Source: Alphaproteobacteria bacterium (GTDB taxonomy: Bacteria > Pseudomonadota > Alphaproteobacteria > MPNO01 > UBA830). Taken from it: DNA of 64,000 nt. The DNA is taken from assembly GCA_965243135.1 (NCBI GenBank), contig OZ251539.1, positions 2,624,001 through 2,688,000 on the forward strand, in the 5' to 3' direction. This document shows positions 52,229-61,249 of the stretch, piece after piece. Made by a program: the position numbers and the translations under genes. The notes under the pieces are model-generated. The model ran no database searches. It was not told where the DNA came from and saw only the letters and a program-made list of their open reading frames with translations. Within the stretch, counting starts at the first letter, position 1. Every line of letters begins with the position of its first letter.

Positions 52229-52362
52229 GCCTCGCCGAGGGCGGACGCCGTTTCCGCCGGGAATTTCGCCGTTCCGACATCGCAGGCGCGAACGGGCGGA
52301 GCCGAAAAAACAGCGCGGCGCAAGCGCCTGCTTTTGACAGCTCAGCCACGGCGGCCTACTCT
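52229..52362 (+). repeat. Direct repeat including promoter, upstream of copy B
   Basis: About 135 bp, closely similar to 53971-54105. Confidence 0.85.
52334..52362 (+). promoter_or_regulatory. sigma70 promoter, probably leaderless transcript
   Basis: TTGACA-N17-TACTCT. ATG 52369 lies 6 nt after the -10 box, with no SD. Confidence 0.75.
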
Positions 52363-52368
52363 CTTCGA

Positions 52369-53901
52369 ATGGCGAAACACATGCTTCCGATCGGCTTGAC
52401 ATCCCTGCGGAAAATCCGGGGGATGGACTGCTACTACGTCGACAAGACGGACCATGTGCGCCGCCTCGTCGAGGGTGGTCAATATTATTTCCTGTCGCGT
52501 CCGCGCCGGTTCGGCAAGACCCTGCTGGTGGACACGCTGCAGGAGTTGTTCGAGGGAAGCGAGGAGCCGTTCCGGGGCCTCGCCATACACGACGGGTGGG
52601 ACTGGTCGGCGCGCCATCCGGTCGTGCGGCTGGATTTCAGCGGCGTGGGCGATTTCGACACCCCGGACGGGGTTCGGGGAACCGTGGAAAGGCAACTGGC
52701 TGCGACGGAGAGGCGCGCCGGCCTCGAACCGGGCCCCGCCGGTGCGGCGGTTCGTTTCCACGAGTTGATCGAAGCCCTGCACGAGCGCACCGGGCGGCGG
52801 GCGGTCGTGCTGGTGGACGAATACGACAAGCCGATTCTGGACGCGCTCGGCGACCGGGAGCTGGCGCTGGCCAACCGCGACTTCCTGCGCAGCCTGTACG
52901 GGGTGATCAAGGCCTGCGACAGGCATCTCCGTTTCGTTTTCCTGACGGGGGTGAGCAAGTTATCGGGCCTGTTCTCGGGCCTGAACAACCTGCGCGACAT
53001 CACGCTGGCGCCGGAGTTCTCTGACATCTGCGGCTGCACGGACGACGAGCTGGACGCGGTCTTCGCCCCGGAACTCGAAGGCCTGGACCGGGACGAGATC
53101 CGGCGCTGGTACAACGGCTACAACTGGTGCGGGCCGGAGAGGCTCTACAATCCGTTCGGCCTCCTGCTGCTGTTCGCCGAGCGCAAGTTCGGCAACTACT
53201 GGTTCCAGAGCGGCACGCCGACCTTCCTGGTGGAGACGCTGGCGCGCCGCAACCTGCCCACTCCCCGCCTGGACGGCATGATCGGCAGCGAGAGCCTGCT
53301 CTCGGCCTTCGACGTGGACAGGATTTCGGTCGAGGCGCTTCTGTTCCAGACCGGCTACCTCACCATCGTCGGCGAGGAGGACGGGCGCTACCGGCTGGGC
53401 TACCCGAACCTCGAGGTGCGCCAAAGCTTGGGCGAGGCCCTGCTGGAAGAACTGCTCCCGGTCGAGGCCCGCGAGGAGACGGAGAACCTGCGGCTGGGCG
53501 AACTGCTGGAGGCGAACGACTTCAAGCGTCTCGAAACCCTGTTCCGCGGCATTTTCGCCGCCATCCCGCACCAGTGGTACGCGACCAGCCCGGTCGCGAA
53601 GTACGAGGCCCACTACGCGAGCGTCATCCACAGCTGCTTCCTGATGGAGGGCTTCGAGCCGGTGGCCGAGGACAGCGGCAGCCGGGGGCGCGCCGACATG
53701 GCGATCCGCGGCGGCGGGCGCGTCTACCTGTTCGAGTTCAAGGTGGTGGAGCGCGGGCGGGAGGGGACCGCGCTCGCGCAGTTGCGGGAGAAGGGCTATG
53801 CGGACAAGTATCGCCGCCTCGGGCGTTCGGTCCACCTGATCGGGGTGGAGTTCAGCCGCACGGAGCGCAACGTCGTCGGCTTCGATTGCGAGACCGCCTG
53901 A
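52369..53901 (+). CDS. AAA-ATPase-like domain + PD-(D/E)XK nuclease (PDDEXK_9-like), intact copy B
   Basis: YYVDKT, SRPRRFGKT, LVDEYDKP, FLTGVSK, NYWFQSGTP and GRADM..YLFEFK..ALAQL..KGY. Confidence 0.9.
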   Translation: MAKHMLPIGLTSLRKIRGMDCYYVDKTDHVRRLVEGGQYYFLSRPRRFGKTLLVDTLQELFEGSEEPFRGLAIHDGWDWSARHPVVRLDFSGVGDFDTPDGVRGTVERQLAATERRAGLEPGPAGAAVRFHELIEALHERTGRRAVVLVDEYDKPILDALGDRELALANRDFLRSLYGVIKACDRHLRFVFLTGVSKLSGLFSGLNNLRDITLAPEFSDICGCTDDELDAVFAPELEGLDRDEIRRWYNGYNWCGPERLYNPFGLLLLFAERKFGNYWFQSGTPTFLVETLARRNLPTPRLDGMIGSESLLSAFDVDRISVEALLFQTGYLTIVGEEDGRYRLGYPNLEVRQSLGEALLEELLPVEAREETENLRLGELLEANDFKRLETLFRGIFAAIPHQWYATSPVAKYEAHYASVIHSCFLMEGFEPVAEDSGSRGRADMAIRGGGRVYLFEFKVVERGREGTALAQLREKGYADKYRRLGRSVHLIGVEFSRTERNVVGFDCETA

Positions 53902-53970
53902 AGCCGAGCGAGTTCGACGTCCCGCTGGCGGCCCACGCATGGCCGCCGCCCGCTCCGCGGGCCCGGCTTG

Positions 53971-54105
53971 GCTTCGTCGGGAGCAGCAGCCGTTTCCGCC
54001 GGGAATTTCACCATTCCGGCATCGCAGGCGCGAACGGGCGGAGCTGAAGAAAACAGCGCGGCGCAAGCGCCTGCTTTTGACAACTCAGCCACGGCGGCCT
54101 ACTCT
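53971..54105 (+). repeat. Second copy of the repeat/promoter, between copies B and C
   Basis: Contains TTGACA(54077)-N17-TACTCT(54100). Confidence 0.85.
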
Positions 54106-54117
54106 CTGGCGAAACGC

Positions 54118-54990
54118 ATGCTCGGCTTGACCTCCCTCTGGAAAATCCGGACGAGGGACTGCTACTATGTGGACAAGACGAAGCATGTGCGCCGCCTCGT
54201 CGAAGGGGGCGATTACTACTTCCTGTCGCGTCCGCGCCGGTTCGGTAAGACCCTGCTGGTGAACACGCTGCAGGAGTTGTTCGAGGGAAGCGAGGAGTTG
54301 TTCCGGGGCCTCGCCATACACGACGGGTGGGACTGGTCGGCGCGCCGATGCGGCTGGATTTCAGCGGGGTAGGAGATTTCGACACTCCGGACGGGGTTCG
54401 GGAAACCGTGGAAGCGCAGCTGGAAGAGACGGAGATGCAGGCCGGTCTCGAACCGGGTCCCGCCGCCGGGGCGGCGGTCCGTTTCCGGCGCCTGCGCTGC
54501 ACGAGCGCACCGGGCAGCGGACGGTCGTGCTGGTGGACGAACAAGCCGGTCCGCGCTCGGCAACCGGGAGCTGGCGCTGGCCAACTGCGATTTCCTGCGC
54601 AGCCTGTACGGCGTGATCAAGGCCTGCAACAGGCATCTCCGCTTCGTTTTCCTGACGGGAGTGAGCAAGTTATCGGGCCTGTTCTCGGGCCTGAACAATC
54701 TGAACGACATCACGCTAGGACGAGCGCTACGGCACCATCTGCGGTTACACGGACGCGGAACTGGACGCGGTCTTCGCCCCGGAACTCGAGGGCCTGGACC
54801 GGGACGAAATCCGCCGCTGGTACAACGGCTACAACTGGCTCGGACCGGAGAGGGCCTACAACCCGTTCGGCCTCCTGTTGCTGTTCGACAAACGCAAGTT
54901 CGGCAACTACTGGTTCCATAGCGGCACGCCGACCTTCCTGACGCTGACGCGCCGCGACCTGCCCACTCCCGACCTGGACGGCATGGCCGG
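54118..54990 (+). pseudogene. AAA-ATPase-like copy C, multiply frameshifted and 3'-truncated
   Basis: Homologous to 52381-53283 with many short deletions. Ends after LPTPDLDGM. Confidence 0.9.
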
Positions 54991-55063
54991 CGGTTACGCG
55001 CCGCTTCGCGAAGGCTCTGCCGCGGGCGACGTCCGGAACCGCGCCGCTTCCCCCGGAGAAAAG

Positions 55064-55531
55064 TTACGCGTCCGGCTTCGCCGGCCACGGTATTCGGCGA
55101 TATTCGATTCCTTCGTCCCGAAGTTCGGACGCCTCTTCGGACGAAGCTTCTCCGTAGATCGACCTTGGCTCGGATTCGCCGTAATGAATCTTGCGCGCCT
55201 CTTCGGGAAATTTCTCGCCAACGTAATCGCTGTTTTCCTGCACGTATTTCTTGAGCTGGTGCACGGCCTCGACGTATTCGCTCAACTTCTTGTCGGCCGG
55301 CGTCAACGCGGCGTTGGGAGGCTCGCGCGGCGTCAACGCGGCGTCGGGAGGCTCGCGGCCTTTGGACAATCCGCCGAGCCGCGGCGCGACAGGTCCCTTC
55401 CGCACGCGGGACTCGCCGCACACCGGGCATGCGATCTCGCCTGCGTCGGCCTGTTTCCTGAAAGTCTCGCCATCCTTGAACCATCCTTCGAAGGTATGGC
55501 CTTTGCGGCAGGTGACGTCGAACACGATCAT
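55064..55531 (-). CDS. DUF1178 family protein with a 30-bp internal duplication
   Basis: MIVFDVTC..GHTFEGWF..CPVCG..YVGEKFPEEARKIHYGE. Duplicated REPPDAALTP/REPPNAALTP. Confidence 0.9.
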   Translation of the reverse strand: MIVFDVTCRKGHTFEGWFKDGETFRKQADAGEIACPVCGESRVRKGPVAPRLGGLSKGREPPDAALTPREPPNAALTPADKKLSEYVEAVHQLKKYVQENSDYVGEKFPEEARKIHYGESEPRSIYGEASSEEASELRDEGIEYRRIPWPAKPDA

Positions 55532-55622
55532 GACAACGAATTTACGACCAAATTCGATTTTGCCAAGCGTTCATTTCCTTGCCGGAAAGCGCTGGGCCGC
55601 GGCGGAACCGGCGTCGCCCGGT

Positions 55623-56594
55623 TCACGGCGTCCGGCTCGCCGCTCGACAAGGCGGCGCGTCGCCCGCCGCCGCGAACCGCCGCGCGTTGGCGAGCGACGG
55701 TATCGCTTGCCGCGCCTGCCGAACCCGAGCGGGGTCGATGTCGGCGACGATCACGCCGGGCTCCTCGTCGGCCTCGGCGACGACCCGGCCCCAAGGATCC
55801 ACGATCAGCGAATGGCCGTAGGTGCGGCGCGCTCCGGCGTGTTCCCCGCATTGCGCCGCCGCGAATATCCAGCACCCCGTCTCTATCGCGCGGGCGCGCA
55901 GCAATACGTGCCAGTGCGCCTGTCCGGTCTTTCTGGTAAATGCCGAGGGTACGCCGATGAAGTCCGCGCCCGCCTCGGCCAGATGGGCGTACAGCGACGG
56001 AAAGCGAACGTCGTAACAGATCGTGAAACCCAGCCTGCCCCAAGGCAAATCAGCGCAAACCGCGCGATCGCCCGGCTCGTAGGTGTCGGATTCGCGGTAG
56101 GCTTCGCCGTCTTCCAGATCGACGTCGAACATGTGAATCTTGTCGTAACGAGCGGCGATCGCGCCGCCAGGATCGACCAGATAGCCGCGATTGGCGATCC
56201 GGTCGCCCTCCAGGACGGTGGCGATAGACCCGACATGCAGCCAGATCCCCAACTCGTCAGCAAGCGCAGCGAAAGCCGACAAGGGAACGCTTTCTCCGGA
56301 AGCCTTTCGCTTCAGGGCGGCGCGATCCGGTTCGATCAGCGCTGCGCACTCCGGAAGAGAAACGAGATCCGCGCCTTCCCCGGCGGCCCTTCGAACGAGC
56401 TTCGATGCCGCGTCCACGTTGGGACCGATCTCGTTGCCGGCACTGACCTGCACGCAGGCGAGGCGGAAAGAACCCGACGCCGCCCGCGGTCGAGCGACGC
56501 CGGGTTCGCTCCGCCCGGCGCCGTCCCGCTCCGCTTCGAGCGGGCCGCGGGAAGTCGCGACGACGGGGGATCGCCGAGCCGAAGCAGAAACCAT
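55623..56594 (-). CDS. Carbon-nitrogen hydrolase (Nit1-like, deaminated glutathione amidase)
   Basis: LPEC, YDKIHMFDV, ICYDVRFP and LLRARAIE. Start is approximate. Confidence 0.9.
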   Translation of the reverse strand: MVSASARRSPVVATSRGPLEAERDGAGRSEPGVARPRAASGSFRLACVQVSAGNEIGPNVDAASKLVRRAAGEGADLVSLPECAALIEPDRAALKRKASGESVPLSAFAALADELGIWLHVGSIATVLEGDRIANRGYLVDPGGAIAARYDKIHMFDVDLEDGEAYRESDTYEPGDRAVCADLPWGRLGFTICYDVRFPSLYAHLAEAGADFIGVPSAFTRKTGQAHWHVLLRARAIETGCWIFAAAQCGEHAGARRTYGHSLIVDPWGRVVAEADEEPGVIVADIDPARVRQARQAIPSLANARRFAAAGDAPPCRAASRTP

Positions 56595-56651
56595 GTTCGT
56601 GCAGCCTGAAATTTCGCGGTTCGAAATATAACGGCGCGATGGGAATTCGTC

Positions 56652-56691
56652 ATCCTCGGCGCCGAGCCCGGATCCTCGGCGCCGAGCCCGG
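56652..56691. repeat. 20-bp perfect tandem duplication
   Basis: ATCCTCGGCGCCGAGCCCGG x2. Confidence 0.85.
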
Positions 56692-57229
56692 GAAGTCCGG
56701 AGGAGAACGGCAGGCGGTAGTTGCCGACATCGGACGGCGCGCGGTCCGCCATGCAGGATTCGCGAACTCCTCGCCGCGGCCGCTACGGAAACGCGCATCG
56801 GTCACCCTGCAGGTAGCGACGGCGCGAACCGAGAGAGCGCGCCGTTGCGCTCGTCGTCATAGATCCGCCGTTCCGCCGCCCTGAGCGCAGGTGCGTTCGA
56901 GGGTCAAGCTTTTCTCGTGGAGGCGCAAGCCCGGTCCGTCGAGACGCGAGCCTGCGACGCCCCGCGCCTTTCCGACGAACGGCGGATTCTTCGACAATCC
57001 TGCGACGCTCTCGCGCTGCCGTCAGCCTGTGTCGCGCTTCGCGCAGGGCCGCTCCCCGAGGGGTCGACGGCTTCGGGAGTCAACCACGGACTGACCGGTC
57101 CGCCGGAACGAGCGATGAGACGTCCCAAGCGGCGCTTCCTCGGGCCGAAAGGGCGAGCCGCGCCGTCGAGCGTTTCGGCGAACCGCCGGTTCCGCGCCGA
57201 CGACGACCGCGGGAGAAATTCCCGGCGGA

Positions 57230-57946
57230 TCAGCGTTCGGTCAGCAGGCGTCCGTAGCCGGGCACGGAATCGCCTATGTCGAGCAAGCGCAGCGCATGCC
57301 AAAGCATGGCCTGATTGCTGGTGACCGCCGGCTTGCCGATATCCGCTTCGACGGATTCGATCGCCTCGATCGCCCGAACGGCGGTGCAGCTGATGAACGC
57401 GGCATCCGAGCCGGGCTCGTCCTGCGCGTTGACGCGGCGGCGCCATTCCTCCGGTTCGACCGCCAGCATCGCGGCCCCGTCTCCCGCGATGCCCATTCCG
57501 GTTTCCGACAACACCTCGATGCCGTGCGACTCCAGAAACGCGACCTCCCGGTCGTTGGTCTCCTGAATGTATGGCGTGGTGAGCGTGATCTTCTCTGCGC
57601 CGAAAGCCTCGAACGCCCCGAGACACGCCTTGGATGTCGATGTCGCGTTCCGGCCCGTCGCGTTTACGATGCGGTCTATGATCGCGTCGTCGAAACCGGG
57701 CGCGAACATCGAGGCGGCCGTGCAATGGAACACGATCAGATCGACGTCCGCGTCGGCCAGCAGCGTCGCGCTCCGCTCCACATCCGAGATCATCTCCCTG
57801 ACATGCTCTTCGCGGCTGGACATCAGCTTCATCCGCGTAGTGTGCAGCGACACGCCGTCCGGCAGCAGGGAGCCGATTTGCGGTTCCGCAGCCTGGTTTA
57901 CCGAAGGCAGCAGCATGCCGATGCGAGCGCGCGTACCGTATCTCAT
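57230..57946 (-). CDS. Maleate cis-trans isomerase / arylmalonate decarboxylase (Asp/Glu racemase) family
   Basis: RIGMLLPSVN..EP, FHCTAAS, TPY, FISCTA and TSNQA. Confidence 0.85.
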   Translation of the reverse strand: MRYGTRARIGMLLPSVNQAAEPQIGSLLPDGVSLHTTRMKLMSSREEHVREMISDVERSATLLADADVDLIVFHCTAASMFAPGFDDAIIDRIVNATGRNATSTSKACLGAFEAFGAEKITLTTPYIQETNDREVAFLESHGIEVLSETGMGIAGDGAAMLAVEPEEWRRRVNAQDEPGSDAAFISCTAVRAIEAIESVEADIGKPAVTSNQAMLWHALRLLDIGDSVPGYGRLLTER

Positions 57947-57984
57947 CCCCGCTCCCCTTCGTCGCGCCGGACAACACCCGGCAT

Positions 57985-58413
57985 TCAGAGGTATTTCGCC
58001 AGATCCGGCTGGCCCGGCACCATTTCGATGTCGGGATCCATGTACACCCACGGCAGTGCGCTGTCGGTCCAGATGTTGAGCTTGATCGGCACCCAGCCGG
58101 GATCGTCAAGCGTCCCTGCGTAGACTACCCGAAGTTGCGGCCGGGCCGACGGAATCGAGAACAGAACCGTGCCGCATTTGTCGCAAAAATTGACGGCGAT
58201 CGCGTTGCCGCTGTCCGCGATCCGGGTGCGGGCGGCGGGCGCGCCCTTGTCCAGCGCGAGGGCTTCGGTCCTTACCTGCATGGATATCCCGAAAGCGCTC
58301 CCGGTGCGTCTCTGGCATTCGGTGCAATGACAGCAGTAGGAGATCAGCGGTTCGCCGGTAACGCGATAACGGATCTCGCCGCAGGCGCAACCGCCTTCAT
58401 AGGGCGCGGGCAT
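57985..58413 (-). CDS. GFA (glutathione-dependent formaldehyde-activating) family protein
   Basis: GGCACG, CHCTECQR and FCDKCG. Confidence 0.9.
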   Translation of the reverse strand: MPAPYEGGCACGEIRYRVTGEPLISYCCHCTECQRRTGSAFGISMQVRTEALALDKGAPAARTRIADSGNAIAVNFCDKCGTVLFSIPSARPQLRVVYAGTLDDPGWVPIKLNIWTDSALPWVYMDPDIEMVPGQPDLAKYL

Positions 58414-58514
58414 TTAGTATCCTTCCCTCACCGTATATTCTCCGTTGATCAAATATACGGCGCGTTTCGCGTCGATGGCGAATCGACGACGGGAGGCCGC
58501 AGGGAGATCCTCGC

Positions 58515-59549
58515 ATGTTTCTGAAGAACTGCTGGTACGCGGCCGCGCATGCGCGCGAACTCGAAGACGGAGGCCCTCTCGGACGAACGCTCCTGAACGA
58601 ACCCGTCGCGATGTACCGCGCTTCGAACGGATCGGTCGCAGCGCTCGAGGACCGCTGTTGCCACCGGCATCTCCCCCTGTCGCTGGGCGCCGTGGTCGGA
58701 GACCGGCTGCGATGCGGCTATCACGGGCTCGAATTCGACGTCTCGGGTCGTTGCGTCGCCGTTCCCGGACAATCGCGAATACCGCCGGGCGCGGCAGTCA
58801 AATCTTATCCGCTCGTCGAGAAGCACGGCTTCCTGTGGATCTGGATGGGCGAAGCGCCGCCGGACGCCTCAATGATTCCGGACTGGTGGTGGGTCGACGA
58901 CCCGGGTTGGGGGTTCAATCCCGGCCGCCTGCTCCATATCCGATGCCACTATGAACTTGTCACCGACAACCTGCTCGACCTGTCCCACCTCGGCTACGTG
59001 CACCGCGGGACGCTGGGAAACGACGCCATCGTGGACTTTCCGGTCAGAACCGAGCGAAACGGCGATATGGTGCGCATGACGAGATGGATCCTGGATCGTC
59101 CGCCGCCGCCGCTGTTCAAGACCGCCGGAGACTTCGAAGGAACCGTCGACCGCTGGCAGATCGTCGAGACGACGACGCCCGGCCACACCGTGGTCTACGC
59201 CGGCTGCGGCCCCGTCGGCGCGGGCGACGGCTCGGCGGAATACGACGAAGGCATCCACATTCGCGCGCTCAACGCGCCGACGCCGGAAACCGAGACGTCC
59301 ACGTTCTATTTCTACGGCCATGCGTGGGATTTTCGCATCCACGACGCCGCGTGGAAGCGACAGATGCACGACGGCTTCCTCCAAACGTTTCTGGAAGACG
59401 CGGCGATACTGGAAGCGCAGCAACGCTCGCTCGACCGCGACCCCGACCGGCCGCTGGTCGACATCGGCGTGGATGCGCCGGGCCTCGCCTCGCGGCGCGC
59501 GCTGGCCGCGCGCATCCGAACGGAACGCCGGACAAAACCCGCGAAGTAG
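58515..59549 (+). CDS. Rieske non-heme iron oxygenase alpha subunit (VanA/TsaM-like)
   Basis: CCHRHLPL..CGYHG, DNLLDLSHLGYVH and EDAAILEAQQ. Confidence 0.92.
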   Translation: MFLKNCWYAAAHARELEDGGPLGRTLLNEPVAMYRASNGSVAALEDRCCHRHLPLSLGAVVGDRLRCGYHGLEFDVSGRCVAVPGQSRIPPGAAVKSYPLVEKHGFLWIWMGEAPPDASMIPDWWWVDDPGWGFNPGRLLHIRCHYELVTDNLLDLSHLGYVHRGTLGNDAIVDFPVRTERNGDMVRMTRWILDRPPPPLFKTAGDFEGTVDRWQIVETTTPGHTVVYAGCGPVGAGDGSAEYDEGIHIRALNAPTPETETSTFYFYGHAWDFRIHDAAWKRQMHDGFLQTFLEDAAILEAQQRSLDRDPDRPLVDIGVDAPGLASRRALAARIRTERRTKPAK

Positions 59550-59583
59550 GCTAAACTTGGACGTTCATTAAGGGAGAGTTCGC

Positions 59584-60633
59584 ATGTTCCTTCGCAACGC
59601 ATGGTACGTGGGCGCCTGGGGCACGGAAGTCGGTCGTCAAAACCTGCTCCGGAGAACCCTGCTGAACGAACCGGTCGTGTTTTACCGCCAGGAGGACGGC
59701 GCGCCGGTCGCCCTCGCGGACAAGTGCGCCCACCGGCATGCGCCGCTGTCGGCGGGACGGCTCGTCGGAGACGACATCGAATGCCCCTATCACGGCCTGA
59801 CCTACAATTCCGGCGGCGAATGCGTGCGCGTGCCCGGCCAATCGACGATTCCGCCGGGCTGCCGCGTGCGGTCGTATCCAACCGTGGAACGCTATCAGTG
59901 GATCTGGATCTGGATGGGCGATCCGGCGCTCGCGGATCCGGAAAGCATCGAGGATTTCCACTGGATGGACGACCCGGACTGGCGCGCCAAGGGAGAGTTG
60001 ATGCACCTGCGGGCGAACTACAAGCTGCTTGTCGAGAACCTGCTCGACCTCTCTCACCTGACGTTCATTCACAAGACGACGCTCGGCACCGACGCGATCG
60101 CCGAAACGCCCATGAAATTCGAGCGCGGCGACGACCGCGTCACCGTGACCCGCTGGATAATGGATTCGCCCGCGCCGCCCTTCTTCAACAAGGCCGGAGG
60201 ATTCCGGGAAGGCGAACACGTGGATCGCTGGCAGCATATAACCTGGACGCCCCCGGCCTTCGTCAGGCTGGACATCGGGGCGGCGAGAGCCGGCACCGGA
60301 GCGATCGACGGGAACCGGTCGCAGGGCTTCACGATGCGCAACCTCAACGCCATCACCCCGGAGACGGAAAAGACGACCCACTATTTCTGGGCGCAGGCGC
60401 ACGATTTCCGGATCGACGAACCGTGGATCACCGATCTCCTTGTGCAGAACATTCACGAAGCCTTCCTCGAAGACCTCTGGATCATCGGCCTTCAGCAGGA
60501 AAACCTCGATTGCGGCGCAACGCCGCCCCGCGTCGACATCAACCACGACGGCGGCGGTCTCCAGGCGATCCGAATGCTGGACACGCTGATCGACGCCGAG
60601 AGCCGTCCGAGAGCTGCGCGGGCGGCGGAATGA
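59584..60633 (+). CDS. Second Rieske oxygenase alpha subunit (VanA/TsaM-like)
   Basis: CAHRHAPL..CPYHG, ENLLDLSHLTFIH and EDLWIIGLQQ. Confidence 0.92.
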   Translation: MFLRNAWYVGAWGTEVGRQNLLRRTLLNEPVVFYRQEDGAPVALADKCAHRHAPLSAGRLVGDDIECPYHGLTYNSGGECVRVPGQSTIPPGCRVRSYPTVERYQWIWIWMGDPALADPESIEDFHWMDDPDWRAKGELMHLRANYKLLVENLLDLSHLTFIHKTTLGTDAIAETPMKFERGDDRVTVTRWIMDSPAPPFFNKAGGFREGEHVDRWQHITWTPPAFVRLDIGAARAGTGAIDGNRSQGFTMRNLNAITPETEKTTHYFWAQAHDFRIDEPWITDLLVQNIHEAFLEDLWIIGLQQENLDCGATPPRVDINHDGGGLQAIRMLDTLIDAESRPRAARAAE

Positions 60634-60689
60634 CGCGCGGCCATGCCGCGTTTCCGCTCTGGATCTCGTCTTTTCAAGACAGCTCGTCG

Positions 60690-61135
60690 ATTCCCGTCCT
60701 TCGAAAAAAACGCGCGGTCGGCGCTCGTCGTTGTCTGGTCGTCGAACTCGACAAAACCTGGGACGGGTAAGTCGAACTGCCCTGACGACGGCGGGCGTTC
60801 CGTGCGCATACCTCAGAGAATAAGAAAAGTCGCCGGGACAACTTTTGAGATCGTTCACGGAGCGACCTCCGTCCCGCCGCGGAGGACCCGTCGAGATTTT
60901 TGCTCGCGGTCGCCGGAAAACGGGCATGTTCTCGACATGACTTGCGACGGACCGCCGCCCCAACCGCGTCGGCAGCGACGCCCTCGCCCGCCAAGCTCGT
61001 TCGGTTGCGTGGGCCTGCCGCAAGCTCGCCGGCGCCAGGCCGTTCGAGAGCGGACCAGGGAGGTCTTCCGACGCCCGACCGGAGGCTTCGCTTCCCGCAC
61101 CGCCGCCGCCTCGCCGCGCTTGGCAACGAACGCCT
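60690..61135 (+). pseudogene. ISAs1-family transposase remnant
   Basis: RRCLVVELDKTWDG / KVAGTTFEIVHGATSVPP / ENGHVLDMTCD. Diverged inverted copy of 45895-46310. Confidence 0.55.
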
Positions 61136-61249
61136 CCCTCAACCGCCCCGTGCTCCGATTCGCCCTAGCGGCAGCCGCGCGAACTTTTATTTTTCCTTCC
61201 TTGCAGCGTCGCAGACCATTCTCCGTCCGCGCGCCCGCTCCGGGCGCGG

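Noticed and set aside
57214-57228. Recurrent GAAATTC/GAATTTC word in intergenic regions, including a 14-bp match to the ATPase-flanking repeat
   Set aside because: Short and also common in coding DNA. Enrichment cannot be shown without counting.
56800-57229. Possible grxC/comF remnant upstream of the nitrilase
   Set aside because: No convincing motif (CPYC, DDVxTTG) in the frames I read.
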